This document shows positions 46,138 to 56,456 of a DNA stretch of 64,000 bases, in pieces. Positions within the stretch are counted from its first letter, which is position 1. The number at the start of each line of letters is the position of its first letter. A program made the translations under genes and the position numbers. The DNA lies in contig OZ252098.1 in the NCBI GenBank assembly GCA_965248355.1, forward strand, positions 160,001 to 224,000. Reading direction: 5' to 3'. Origin of the DNA: Candidatus Latescibacterota bacterium. GTDB taxonomy: Bacteria > Latescibacterota > UBA2968 > UBA8231. Below the pieces are notes generated by a model. That model saw only the letters and a list, made by a program, of their open reading frames with translations, did no database searches and had not been told where the DNA came from.

Positions 46138-47964
46138 TCAATCCAGGGCGAACTCGGCGAGGTAGGCCGAGGCGTCGAAGGCCCGGGCCTCGGGCTGGTC
46201 TTCCTTCAGAAGAAGGAAGCTCTCCAGGACCAGGGCGTCCATGCCGGTGGCCATGAAGCAGCGATAGGCGTCGGCGGGCGAGTTCACCATCGGCTCCCCG
46301 CGGACGTTGAAGCTGGTGTTGATCAGGACCGGCGTCCCCGTCCGCTCCTTGAAGCGCTCGACGATCCTGTGAAAGCGGGGGTGGTGATCGCTGTCGACGG
46401 TCTGCACGCGCGCCGAGTAGTCCACGTGAGTGATCGCCGGGACCGTGGACCGGCGCTGGCTGCGCCGCTCCAGCCCTTGCTGGGCGGGGCCGGGGGGCCG
46501 TCGCTGCTCCTCTCTGACCGGAGCGACGACGAGCATGTAGGGACTGTCGTAACCACGCCGCATCTCGAAGAACTCCTGCACGTCACGGCGCAGCACGGCG
46601 GGAGCGAAGGGCCGGAAGGACTCGCGGAACTTGATCTTGAGGTTCATCACCGACTGCATCTCGGCTGAGCGCGCGTCGCCGAGGATGGAGCGGCTGCCGA
46701 GGGCCCGGGGACCGAACTCCGCCCGCCCGGCAAAGTGCCCCACCACCTTCTCCTGCTCCACCAGCTCCGCGATCCGGTCGATGAGCAGGGCCTCGTCCTC
46801 GCAGCGCTGGTACACGGCCCCGGCCGCGTCCAGGGCCCGGCGGATCTCCGCGTCGCCGAAGCAGGGGCCCAGGAGGGAGCCGCCCTGGCTGTCCCGGGCG
46901 GCGGCGCGCCGGGGCTTGCCCAGGAGCTGGTGCCACGTGAACAGGGCCGCGCCCAGGGCTCCGCCGGCGTCCCCGGCAGCCGGCTGTACCCAGATGTCCT
47001 CGAAGGGCCCCTCGCGCAGCAGGCGCCCGTTGGCGACGCAGTTGAGGGCCACTCCGCCGGCCATCACCAGGTGGCGGGCGCCCGTCAGCTCGTGGGCGTG
47101 GCGCGCGATCTTCAGCACGATCTCCTCGGTCACCGCCTGAATCGAGGCGGCCAGGTCCATCTCGCGCTGGGTGATCTCGGTCTCGGCCTGCCGCGGCGGC
47201 CCTCCGAAGAGCTTCTCCATCCTGGGCGTGGTCATGACCGCCGTATGGCAGAAGCCGAAGTAGGACATGTCCATGCGGAAGGAGCCGTCCTCCTTGATGT
47301 CGAGCATCTCCTCGACGATCCGGTCGCGGTACACGGGCTCGCCATAGGGCGCCAGCCCCATGAGCTTGTACTCGCCGCTGTTGACCCGGAAGCCGGTGAA
47401 ATAGGTGAAGGCCGAGTAGAGCAGGCCGAGGGAGTGGGGGAAGCGCATCTCCCGAAGCATCTCGATCTCGTGGTCCCGGCCCACGGCGATCGTGCCCGTC
47501 GCCCATTCGCCGACCCCGTCCAGGGTGACGATGGCGGCCTCCTGGAAAGGGGATGGGTAGAAGGCGCTGGCCGCGTGCGACTCGTGGTGGGCGGGGAAGA
47601 GGTAGCGCCCCTCGTAGGCGCCGCGCAGCCCGCGGTCGAGCTCCCGGGGGGTGTGGAGCTTCTGCTTCAACCACAGGGGCATGCCCATGAGAAAGAGCTT
47701 GAAGCCTCTCGGAGCGAAGCCGATGTAGGTCTCCAGGAGGCGGTCGAACTTCAGCAGCGGTTTGTCGTAGAAGGCGACCAGATCGAGGTTCCCCGGCTCG
47801 AGGCCGCCGTACCCGAGGCAGAAGTCGACGGCGTTCTGCGGGAACCCGTGATCGTGCTTCTTGCGTGTGAAGCGCTCCTCCTGGGCCGCGGCCACGATCT
47901 CGCCGTCCCGAACGAGGCAGGCGGCGCTGTCGTGGTAGTAGGCCGAGATGCCCAGGATGTTCAT
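46138..47964 (-). CDS. O-carbamoyltransferase (NodU/CmcH/SxtI family)
   Basis: ILGISAYYHDSAA, EERFTRKKH, HHESHAASAF, EFGPRALGSRS, KFRESFRPFAP, NTSFNVRGEP. Confidence 0.95.
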   Translation of the reverse strand: MNILGISAYYHDSAACLVRDGEIVAAAQEERFTRKKHDHGFPQNAVDFCLGYGGLEPGNLDLVAFYDKPLLKFDRLLETYIGFAPRGFKLFLMGMPLWLKQKLHTPRELDRGLRGAYEGRYLFPAHHESHAASAFYPSPFQEAAIVTLDGVGEWATGTIAVGRDHEIEMLREMRFPHSLGLLYSAFTYFTGFRVNSGEYKLMGLAPYGEPVYRDRIVEEMLDIKEDGSFRMDMSYFGFCHTAVMTTPRMEKLFGGPPRQAETEITQREMDLAASIQAVTEEIVLKIARHAHELTGARHLVMAGGVALNCVANGRLLREGPFEDIWVQPAAGDAGGALGAALFTWHQLLGKPRRAAARDSQGGSLLGPCFGDAEIRRALDAAGAVYQRCEDEALLIDRIAELVEQEKVVGHFAGRAEFGPRALGSRSILGDARSAEMQSVMNLKIKFRESFRPFAPAVLRRDVQEFFEMRRGYDSPYMLVVAPVREEQRRPPGPAQQGLERRSQRRSTVPAITHVDYSARVQTVDSDHHPRFHRIVERFKERTGTPVLINTSFNVRGEPMVNSPADAYRCFMATGMDALVLESFLLLKEDQPEARAFDASAYLAEFALD

Positions 47965-48188
47965 CGACGAGCCTCGCGGCCGGCCGAGGGGCCGCCTGCC
48001 GGCCACGCCCGAGCGGCCCGGGCGCAACCCGGGAAGGCGAGGCGAAGCGGCCGTTGGGGCCGTATCGGCAAGCGGTCCTTTCCGTCGTTCTCTGTCGCCG
48101 GAGCGGGGTGATTCAAGGTGGGCTGCTGACTGCGGATCCGTTCAACGCTCGAAGAGAACAAGTCTAGTTGCGTCGGAGGGTTTCATCA

Positions 48189-50273
48189 ATGCCAGCATTC
48201 AGGCAGCATCCACAGACATCCTTTCCCATCGGGGTGGAGTACTACCGCGCCCCCATCCCGAGGCCTCGTACATGGGACGGGGATTTCGCCCGGATCCGCC
48301 AGGCCGGCTTCCGGATCGTGCGCAGCTTCAGCTACTGGAACTGGATGGAGCCGCGTCCGGGCGACTATGAGATGGAGGACTTCGACCGGTTCTTCGATCT
48401 GGCGGAGACGCACGGACTCTCGGTGTGGCTGGACATCACCCTCGCCACCCACGGGGCCTGTCCCGAGTGGCTGATCCGCGAGCATCCCGACATGCGGACC
48501 GTCAACCACCAGGGCCAGCCGAGTCTGGGCCACTCCAGCCCCGCCACTCCCCAGGGCGCCATGATCCACTGCTGCGACCATCCAGCGTGGCGCGAGCGCG
48601 GCGGCGCCCTGCTGCGCCATGTCGTGGACCGCTACCGGGACCGCTCCAACCTGCTCGTATGGGGCCTCTGGGACGGCGTGAGCCCGTCGTGGCCCCGTCA
48701 CGGCGACGGCCTTCCCTGTTACTGCGCCCATACCCGGTCGCGTTACAAGGCGTGGCTGCGCGAGCGCTACACCCTCGAGGAGTTCAACGCCCGCGTCCTG
48801 CGCCGTTTCCGGGACTGGGAGGACGTGGAGCCGCCCCGGTCGAATCACAACGTGGTGGAGATGCTCCTCTACCTGCGCTTCCACCGCCGGAACCTCGTCG
48901 ATCACCTCAGATGGATGGTCGCCGAGGCCAGGAGGATCGATCCCCACCACGAGATCCGCGCCCACGCCGCCTCGACGCCGCGGCCCTGGGACGACCAGTG
49001 CGCCCGAGAGGTCGACAGCTGGGGCATGTCCATGTCCTCCAACAACCTGCTCACCTCCCAGGACCCCTACCGGATCGCCGACCGCGCCTTCAGCTTCGAT
49101 CTGTCTCGCAGCCAGGGCGTCAACGGCCGCTGGTGGAACGAGGAGATCTACGCAGGCATGTCCCCCGGCGGGGTGACCTGGAAGAAGCAGTCCGACCCGC
49201 GCGAGCTCACCAGCCTGCTGTGGATGACCCTCGCCGGCGGCGCCGCGGGATGCATGTTCTGGCAGTACCGCCCCGAGTACCTCAGCTTCGAATCCCCCGG
49301 GTACAACCTCGCCGCCCTCGATGGAAAGCCCACGGCGCGCCTGCGGGCGGTCGCCGCCGCCGTGGCCCGCGTCGAGGGGATGAAGGACCACCTGCCCCTG
49401 GAGTGCCCGCAGGCCGAGGTGGGCATCGTCTACGACCCGGCATCGCAGGAGCTCTTCGGCCTCAGCGGCGAGACCGAGCGCTTCAACGCCGATCTGCGCG
49501 GCGTCTACCGGACCCTGTGGCGCAACGGCATTCCCGCCGACATCCTGTCGCCGCGCATGGACTGGTCGGGGTACCGCCTTCTCTTTCTGCCCAACCTCGC
49601 CCTCATGAGCGAGGAAGCGAGGGACCGCATCCACCGGACCCTGCAGGAGAGTCCGGGGACGCGCCTGGTCGCGGAGGGCAGCTTCGGCCTCTACCAGGAG
49701 AATGGCCTGTCGAGCGAGGCCCCGCCCGAGGGATTCGCTCAGCGCTTCGGCGTGCGCATCGAGGACTTCTCCGCGGTGACGGCGTACGACATCCGCCGGG
49801 GAGAGAACCGCCTGGAGACCCCTTACGGTCCGGTGAGCGTCACCTCGCCGTGCGGGTATGCCGTCCTCGAGCCTGTGGGGGACTCGACGGCGATCGCCCG
49901 GCTCGGCGACCAGGTGGTGGCCATGCGCAGCGGCGACGGACGCTTCACTTGGTACGGCCTGACCCTGTCGGCCGGGTTCGAGGATGCCGGCCATCCGTCG
50001 CTGGTCCTCGGCCTCGTGAGGGAAGCCGGCATCGAGCCGCCCGTGGCCCTGTCCGGCGACCCCCTGGTCACCACCGTCCGGAGATCCCGCCAGGGGGGAT
50101 GGCTGATCTTCGTCTTCAACCTCGAGCGGACCGCGGCGCAGGCGACGTTGCGTCCGCCATGGAGGAGCGGGAGCGCCAGGGACCTGCTGAGCGGCCGGGA
50201 AGCCGGGCTCGAGGATGGCGCCTTCAGGGTCCGGATCGAGCCCTGGGACGTGGGCGTGCTCTACTGCGAATGA
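48189..50273 (+). CDS. Beta-galactosidase-like glycoside hydrolase (GH42 architecture)
   Basis: GVEYY...WNWMEPRPGDY...CPEWL...PCYC; C-terminal trimerisation-like domain. Confidence 0.82.
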   Translation: MPAFRQHPQTSFPIGVEYYRAPIPRPRTWDGDFARIRQAGFRIVRSFSYWNWMEPRPGDYEMEDFDRFFDLAETHGLSVWLDITLATHGACPEWLIREHPDMRTVNHQGQPSLGHSSPATPQGAMIHCCDHPAWRERGGALLRHVVDRYRDRSNLLVWGLWDGVSPSWPRHGDGLPCYCAHTRSRYKAWLRERYTLEEFNARVLRRFRDWEDVEPPRSNHNVVEMLLYLRFHRRNLVDHLRWMVAEARRIDPHHEIRAHAASTPRPWDDQCAREVDSWGMSMSSNNLLTSQDPYRIADRAFSFDLSRSQGVNGRWWNEEIYAGMSPGGVTWKKQSDPRELTSLLWMTLAGGAAGCMFWQYRPEYLSFESPGYNLAALDGKPTARLRAVAAAVARVEGMKDHLPLECPQAEVGIVYDPASQELFGLSGETERFNADLRGVYRTLWRNGIPADILSPRMDWSGYRLLFLPNLALMSEEARDRIHRTLQESPGTRLVAEGSFGLYQENGLSSEAPPEGFAQRFGVRIEDFSAVTAYDIRRGENRLETPYGPVSVTSPCGYAVLEPVGDSTAIARLGDQVVAMRSGDGRFTWYGLTLSAGFEDAGHPSLVLGLVREAGIEPPVALSGDPLVTTVRRSRQGGWLIFVFNLERTAAQATLRPPWRSGSARDLLSGREAGLEDGAFRVRIEPWDVGVLYCE

Positions 50274-50349
50274 TGCTTGACTAAGTCCACATATGTCTCT
50301 AACCCCTTATGGATACGGAGTTCGTAACCAATCGAGGACGACGACGAAG

Positions 50350-51882
50350 ATGCCCGGCCCGATATTGATGCTGGCCGCCCTGGCGCTGGCCGGCTGCGGC
50401 TCGGATGGGCCCCAGCGGCCCGGACCCCGATCCCGGGGGCCCGACCGGCGGAGTCACCATCACCCTGGTCTTCGCGGATTCGGCCCTGCAGTCGGCGGTG
50501 GAGGAAGCGGCAGCTGCGGCCGAGACCGGCGACGCGGCCGGGCTGGTCTCGCTGACGGCCAAGGACCGGGGGATCGCCGATCTGGGCGGTATCGAACAGC
50601 TGACGCGGCTGGAGGTCCTGGACCTGTACGGCAACCGGATCCAGGACCTGTCGCCGCTGGCGGGGCTGCGGCGGCTGCGCTACCTCGACCTGGGGAGCAA
50701 CCGGGTCGAGGAGGTGGCGGCCCTGTCGTCGCTGAAGAGCCTGCAGGTGCTGCTGCTGGCCGACAACGCGGTCAGGGACGTGTCGGTGCTGGCGGGTCTG
50801 GACAGCCTGCAGAGCGTGGATCTGACCGGCAATCCCCTGAGCGAGGCGGTGATCGAGTCCCAGGTGGCGGCGCTGCGGGAGCGCGGCGTGACCGTGGACT
50901 TCGTGGCGCCGGAGGGTCCGGGGGACGGGGCCGGTGGGGTCACCCTGGGGGACCTGCCCATCGTGTTCGTCTCGAGCCGGAGGACCGGGGAGGCCTGGGA
51001 TCTCGAGGTGCATTCCCTGGACCCGAAAACCGGCGTGGTGGTGAACCTGTCCGAAGGCCTGGCCACGGCGCCTTTCTCCGATGGCTCGAAACCGGATTCC
51101 ACGTCGGACTGGAGGTTCCTCCCGACCGGCCAGATCGTCCTGGTGAGGCGCGGCGAGGAGCCGGCCCAGTCGCCCGACGGGACGAGGATCGCCTTCAGCT
51201 CGAGCCGGGATGTCAACTGGGAGGTCTACGTGATGGACGCCGACGGCGGGGCTCCGCAGAACCTCACCTTCCACGAGGCCTGGGACGAGAGTCCCGCCTG
51301 GTCGCCCGACGGGGAGCGGATCGCCTTCGTGTCGGACCGCAACGGCGACATCGAGGAGTATGGGGGCCTGCGCTCAACACCGACATCTTCGTCATGAACG
51401 CCGACGGCAGCGGCGTGGAGCAGGTGACCTCCGATCCCCTCAGCCGGAGCGCCGATGCCCCTGCCTGGTCGCCGGACGGCTCGTCCATCGCCTTCAGGAG
51501 GTCGGACGGCGAGGGCTTTTCCGGAATCTTCGTTCTGGAGCTGTCCAGCGGCGAGGCTCGGCTCCTCACGGACGACGGGTGGGATCCTTCCTGGTCTCCC
51601 GACGGCCGCTGGATCGCCTACATGAGGACCGTGGAATACGAGGAGAGCCACGTGTGGAAGATCGCCGCCGGGGGCGGAGAGGCCACCCAGATGACTCTGG
51701 ACCGGTTCTTTCGAAGGAGCCCCACCTGGTCTCCCGACGGGGCCCGCATCGTCTTCGCGCGGGAGGACCGGGTGGAAGGGATCGCCTACGACCTCTACGC
51801 GATCCCGGCGGAGGGGGGGGCCGGCGAACAGATCACCGACGATCCGGGCGTCGACAGGGACCCGTGCTGGGCGCCCTTCTGA
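50350..51882 (+). pseudogene. LRR + PD40 lipoprotein copy 1 with two compensating single-base frameshifts (about 50410 and 51365)
   Basis: Signal/LAGC and the last propeller blades are in one frame; the LRR and first blades (ORF 50405..51397) are in another. Shifts lie in the C4 run (gggcccc) and G5 run (tatggggg). Confidence 0.75.
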
Positions 51883-53405
51883 TGAGGTCCATGACCGGCG
51901 CATCCAGGCGAGCGCTGGCCCTGGCCGCCCTGGCCCTGGCCGGCTGCGGCTCGGAGCCGGACCGCCCCGTCGGCCCCGACCCCGGCCCCGGCGGCGCCAA
52001 TGGCGTCGCCCTGGTCTTCGCGGACTCGGTGCTGCAGGCGGCGGTGGAGGCCGCGGCCGGGACCGGTGAGGCGGCCGGGCTGGTCTCCCTGACCGCCAAG
52101 GACCGGGGGATCGCCGATCTGGACGGCATCGAGCAGCTGACGCGACTGGAGGTCCTGGACCTGTACGGCAACCAGATCCGGGAGCTGTCGCCGCTTGCGG
52201 GGCTGCGGCGGCTGCGCTACCTGGACCTGGGCAGCAACCAGGTCGAGGAGGTGACGGCCCTGTCGTCGCTGAAGAGCCTGCAGGTGCTGCTGCTGGCCGA
52301 CAACGCGGTGACGGAGGTGTCGGCGCTGGCGGGTCTGGACAGCCTCCAGAGCGTGGACCTGACCGGCAACCCGCTGAGCGAGGCGGCTCAGGCCCAGGCC
52401 GCCGCCTTCCGGGAGCGCGGCGTGACCGTGGAGCTGACCGCGCCGGAGCCGGAGGACAGCCTGGAGGTGGTCCCGCCGGAGGGGCAGGTCCCGCCCGAGG
52501 GTCTGAGCTCTCCCCTCGGTGACCAGCAGCTCCTGTTCTCCTCCAATCGACGCCTGAAGGGCCCCTACCTGGCCTTTCTCGAGGTGCATTCCCTGGACCT
52601 GGAGACCGGCGAGGTGGTCAACCTGTCCTCCGCCCTGGCCGTTCTCCCCCTGTCCGACGGCACGGTGCCCGACTCCCTGTCCTACCCGCCGCGCAGCAGC
52701 TTTGAGCCGGCCCGGTCGCCGGACGGTACCAGGGTGGCCTTTACCTCGCGCCGGGACAGGGACCTGGAGATCTACGTCCTGGACGCCGCGGGCGGCGACC
52801 CGGTGAACCTGACGCGGCACCCGGCGAATGACCAGTCTCCCGCCTGGTCGCCCGACGGACGGCGCATCGCCTTCGTGTCGAACCGCAACGGCGGGGGACA
52901 CCTGGGCCATCTATTCGTCATGGACGCTGACGGCGGCGAGTTGGAGCAGCTCACCTACGAGCCCCAGGCCTCGTGGGCCTTCTTGCCCGCCTGGTCCCCC
53001 GATGGCTCGTCGATCACCTTTCTCTCCTCCCAGGGAGGCGTGGAAGGGATCCACGTAGTGGACGTGGCCAGCGGCGGCATGCGCCTTCTCTCCCCGGAGG
53101 GCGGGGAGTCGTCGTGGTCGCCGGACGGCGCCCGGATCGCCTATACCGTCCTGGACACGACCGGGGACTTCAGCCATATCTGGGTCATGGCCGCCGACGG
53201 CAGCGGCGCCCGGCAGCTGACCTCTGCCGAGGCGTGGGACCGGAGCCCCACCTGGTCCCCCGACGGCACCCGCATCGCCTTCGCGCGGCAGTCGGAGCAG
53301 GAGCCGCGCTACGACATCTACATCGTCACCGTCGAGGGCGGCGCCGAGGAGCGGGTGACCGACGATCCGCACGATGACATGCACCCCAACTGGACGTCGT
53401 TCTGA
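51882..53405 (+). CDS. Internalin-like LRR + TolB-like PD40 propeller lipoprotein, copy 2
   Basis: LAGC lipobox, LTRLEVLDLYGNQIRELSPLAGL LRRs, WSPDG repeats. Confidence 0.9.
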   Translation: MRSMTGASRRALALAALALAGCGSEPDRPVGPDPGPGGANGVALVFADSVLQAAVEAAAGTGEAAGLVSLTAKDRGIADLDGIEQLTRLEVLDLYGNQIRELSPLAGLRRLRYLDLGSNQVEEVTALSSLKSLQVLLLADNAVTEVSALAGLDSLQSVDLTGNPLSEAAQAQAAAFRERGVTVELTAPEPEDSLEVVPPEGQVPPEGLSSPLGDQQLLFSSNRRLKGPYLAFLEVHSLDLETGEVVNLSSALAVLPLSDGTVPDSLSYPPRSSFEPARSPDGTRVAFTSRRDRDLEIYVLDAAGGDPVNLTRHPANDQSPAWSPDGRRIAFVSNRNGGGHLGHLFVMDADGGELEQLTYEPQASWAFLPAWSPDGSSITFLSSQGGVEGIHVVDVASGGMRLLSPEGGESSWSPDGARIAYTVLDTTGDFSHIWVMAADGSGARQLTSAEAWDRSPTWSPDGTRIAFARQSEQEPRYDIYIVTVEGGAEERVTDDPHDDMHPNWTSF

Positions 53406-53406
53406 G

Positions 53407-54936
53407 ATGTCCGGAGCGCACGCGGTGATGACCTGGAAGCTCACGGCCTTGGCGGCCGTTCTGGCCCTGGCCGGGTGCGGCACGGAGCCGGACGGCCCCA
53501 CCGGCCCGGAGCCGGACCCCGGCGCCCCCGACGGTGCCGCGCTGGTCTTCGCGGACTCGGCGCTGCAGTCAGCGGTGGACGAAGCCGCGGCCGCCGTGAC
53601 CGGTGACGCGTCCGGGCTGGTCTCGCTGAGCGCCAAGGACCGGGGGATCGCCGACCTGGACGGCATCGAGCAGCTGACGCGGCTGGAGGTCCTGGACCTC
53701 TACGGCAACGAGATCCGGAACCTGTCGCCGCTGGCGGGGTTGACGAGGCTGCGCTATCTCGACCTGGGGAGCAACCGGGTCGAGGAGGTCTCGGCCCTGG
53801 CGTCGCTGAAGAGCCTGCAGGTGCTGCTGTTAGGCGACAACGGGGTGACGCAGATCTCGGTGCTGGCGGGTCTGGACAGCCTGCAGAGCGTGGATCTGAC
53901 CGGCAACCCGCTCGATGCGGCGGCAGAGGATCAGATCGCCGTCCTGCGGGAGCGCGGCGTGACCGTGGAACTGACCGCGCCGGAGCCGGAGGACAGCGTG
54001 GAGGTGGTCCCGCCGGAGGGTCCGGTCCCTCCCGTGGGCGACTCGCAGCTCCTGTTCTCCTCGAACCGACGGCTCAAGGGCTCCTACCTGTCCAGCCGCG
54101 AGGTGCACTCCCTGGACCTGGAGACCGGCGAGGTGGTGAACCTGTGCTCGGTCCTGGCCGCCGTCCCCTTTTCCGACGGCTCGGTGCCCGACTCCCTGGA
54201 GCGCCACTACGTCTCGCGGACCAGCGTGGAGCCGGCCCGGTCGCCGGACGGGACGAAGGTGGCCTTCGGCTCGTTCCGGGACGGCAACAGGGAGATCTAT
54301 GTCATGGACGCCGACGGCGGCGATCCCGTGAACCTGACGCGCCACGACGCGTACGATTCGAATCCCGCCTGGTCGCCCGACGGACGGCGCATCGCCTTCC
54401 AGTCGGAACGCGACGGCGGTGTGCCCCACATCTTCGTCATGAACGCCGACGGCAGCGGCCTGGAGCAGCTCACCCAGGAACCCCAGGCCCCCTGGGCTGG
54501 CTCGCCGGCTTGGTCGCCGGACGGCTCGTCCATCGCCTGCGTCTCCGATCAGGGTACCGACTCCTGGGGAATTTACGTCGTCGAACTCGGCAGCAGGACC
54601 CTGCATCTCATCTCGCAGGCAGGCCTGAGGGGGACGCGACCGTCGTGGTCGCCGGACGGCGCCCGGATCGCCTACACCGTGGCGGACACGGCCCACGACT
54701 TCAGCCACGTGTGGGTCATGGCCGCCGACGGCAGCGGCGCCCGGCAGCTGACCTTCGCCGAGACCTGGGACAGCGACCCCACCTGGTCCCCCGACGGCAC
54801 CCGCATCGCCTTCGCGCGGCTGGTGGACGTGCAGACGCGTTACGACCTCTACATCGTCCCCGTCGAGGGCGGCGCCGAGGAGCGCGTGACCGACGATCCG
54901 CACGATGACATGGACCCGAACTGGACGCCGTTCTGA
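53407..54936 (+). CDS. LRR + PD40 lipoprotein, copy 3
   Basis: Same architecture; LAGC. Confidence 0.9.
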   Translation: MSGAHAVMTWKLTALAAVLALAGCGTEPDGPTGPEPDPGAPDGAALVFADSALQSAVDEAAAAVTGDASGLVSLSAKDRGIADLDGIEQLTRLEVLDLYGNEIRNLSPLAGLTRLRYLDLGSNRVEEVSALASLKSLQVLLLGDNGVTQISVLAGLDSLQSVDLTGNPLDAAAEDQIAVLRERGVTVELTAPEPEDSVEVVPPEGPVPPVGDSQLLFSSNRRLKGSYLSSREVHSLDLETGEVVNLCSVLAAVPFSDGSVPDSLERHYVSRTSVEPARSPDGTKVAFGSFRDGNREIYVMDADGGDPVNLTRHDAYDSNPAWSPDGRRIAFQSERDGGVPHIFVMNADGSGLEQLTQEPQAPWAGSPAWSPDGSSIACVSDQGTDSWGIYVVELGSRTLHLISQAGLRGTRPSWSPDGARIAYTVADTAHDFSHVWVMAADGSGARQLTFAETWDSDPTWSPDGTRIAFARLVDVQTRYDLYIVPVEGGAEERVTDDPHDDMDPNWTPF

Positions 54937-54937
54937 G

Positions 54938-56455
54938 ATGAGGCCAGCCATGTTCCTGGGGATTCCTCGAGTGCTGATCCCCGCCCTCCTGGCCCTGGCC
55001 GGCTGCGGCTCGGAGCCGGACGGCCCCACCGGCCCGGACCCGGACCCGGACCCCGGCCCCGACGGTGCCGCGCTGGTCTTTGCGGACTCGGCGCTGCAGT
55101 CAGCGGTGGACGAAGCCGCGGCCGCCGGGAGCGGTGACGCGGCCGGGCTGGTCTCGCTGACCGCCAAGGACCGGGGGATCGCCGACCTGGAAGGCATCGA
55201 GCAGCTCACCCGACTGGAGGTGCTGGACCTGTTCGGCAACGAGATCCGCGACCTGTCGCCGCTGGCGGGGTTGAGGAGGCTGCGCTATCTCGATCTGGGG
55301 AGCAACCGGGTCGAGGAGGTCTCGGCCCTGGCGTCCCTGAAGAGTCTGCAGGTGCTGCTGTTAGGCGACAACGGGGTGACGGAGATCTCGGTGCTGTCGG
55401 GTCTGGACAGCCTGCAGAGCGTGGATCTGACCGGCAACCCGCTGGGTGAGGCGGCGGAGGCCCAGATCGCTGCCCTCGGGGAGCGCGGCGTGACCGTGGA
55501 CTTCACCGCGCCGGAGCCGGAGGACAGCGTGGAGGTGGTCCCGCCCGAGGGTCCGGTCCTCGCAGACCATCAGCTCCTGTTCTCCTCGAACCGTCGTCTC
55601 ATGAGCTCCAGCCAGTCCGCTTTCGAGGTACACTCCCTGGACCTGGAGACCGGAGAGGTGGTGAACCTGTCCTCCGCCCTGACCGCCATGCCCTTCTCCG
55701 ACGGCTCGGTGCCCGACTCCCTGGAGCGTCACTACCGTACGCGCTCCAGCCTTGAGCCGGCCCGGTCGCCCGACGGGACGAGGGTGGCCTTCGTATCGTT
55801 CCGCGACGGCAACCAGGAGATCTACGTCATGGACGCGGCGGGCGGCGGTCCGGTGAACCTGACGCGCCACGAGGCCCACGACATGCGTCCCGCCTGGTCG
55901 CCCGACGGACGGCGCATCGCCTTCGTGTCGTGGCGCGGCGGCCGGGAGCCCCACATCTTCGTCATGGATGCCGACGGCAGCGGCCTGGAGCAGCTCACCG
56001 ACAACGCCATGGCCCCCGGATCGGGAGCTTCCTCGCCGGCGTGGTCTCCCGACGGCTCGGCCATCGCCTGCGTCTCCGCTCAGGGCGCCGTCCACGGGAT
56101 CTTCGCCCTGGATCCGGCCGGCGGTGGCCTTCGGCTGCTGGAGGGATGGGGGGGCGAACCTTCGTGGTCGCCCGACGGAGCCCGGATCGCGTACACCGTG
56201 GCGGACTGGGAAAACGACTTCAGCCACGTATGGGTCATGGCCGCCGACGGCAGCGGCGCCCGGCAGCTGACCTTCGCCGAGGCCTGGGACCGGAGCCCGA
56301 CCTGGTCCCCCGACGGCACCCGCATCGCCTTCGCCCGGCTGGTGGACGTGCAGACGCGTTACGACCTCTACATCGTCCCCGTCGAGGGCGGCGCCGAGGA
56401 GCGGGTGACCGACGATCCGTACGATGACATGGATCCCAGCTGGACGCCGTTCTGA
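54938..56455 (+). CDS. LRR + PD40 lipoprotein, copy 4
   Basis: Same architecture; LAGC. Confidence 0.9.
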   Translation: MRPAMFLGIPRVLIPALLALAGCGSEPDGPTGPDPDPDPGPDGAALVFADSALQSAVDEAAAAGSGDAAGLVSLTAKDRGIADLEGIEQLTRLEVLDLFGNEIRDLSPLAGLRRLRYLDLGSNRVEEVSALASLKSLQVLLLGDNGVTEISVLSGLDSLQSVDLTGNPLGEAAEAQIAALGERGVTVDFTAPEPEDSVEVVPPEGPVLADHQLLFSSNRRLMSSSQSAFEVHSLDLETGEVVNLSSALTAMPFSDGSVPDSLERHYRTRSSLEPARSPDGTRVAFVSFRDGNQEIYVMDAAGGGPVNLTRHEAHDMRPAWSPDGRRIAFVSWRGGREPHIFVMDADGSGLEQLTDNAMAPGSGASSPAWSPDGSAIACVSAQGAVHGIFALDPAGGGLRLLEGWGGEPSWSPDGARIAYTVADWENDFSHVWVMAADGSGARQLTFAEAWDRSPTWSPDGTRIAFARLVDVQTRYDLYIVPVEGGAEERVTDDPYDDMDPSWTPF

Positions 56456-56456
56456 G

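Larger units (their letters stand above)
50350..56455 (+). repeat. Tandem array of four approximately 1.53-kb gene-sized repeats
   Basis: Near-identical DNA blocks (e.g. gccaaggaccgggggatcgccga) recur with a period of about 1530 bp. Confidence 0.9.

Noticed and set aside
45442-47964. Saxitoxin biosynthesis (sxtI/J/K-like triad)
   Set aside because: The triad is widespread in non-toxic bacteria, and no sxtA, sxtG or other sxt genes are in the window.
50350-56455. CRISPR array or mobile-element repeats
   Set aside because: The repeats are coding, gene-sized paralogs and WSPDG blades. There is no repeat-spacer pattern, cas gene or transposase.
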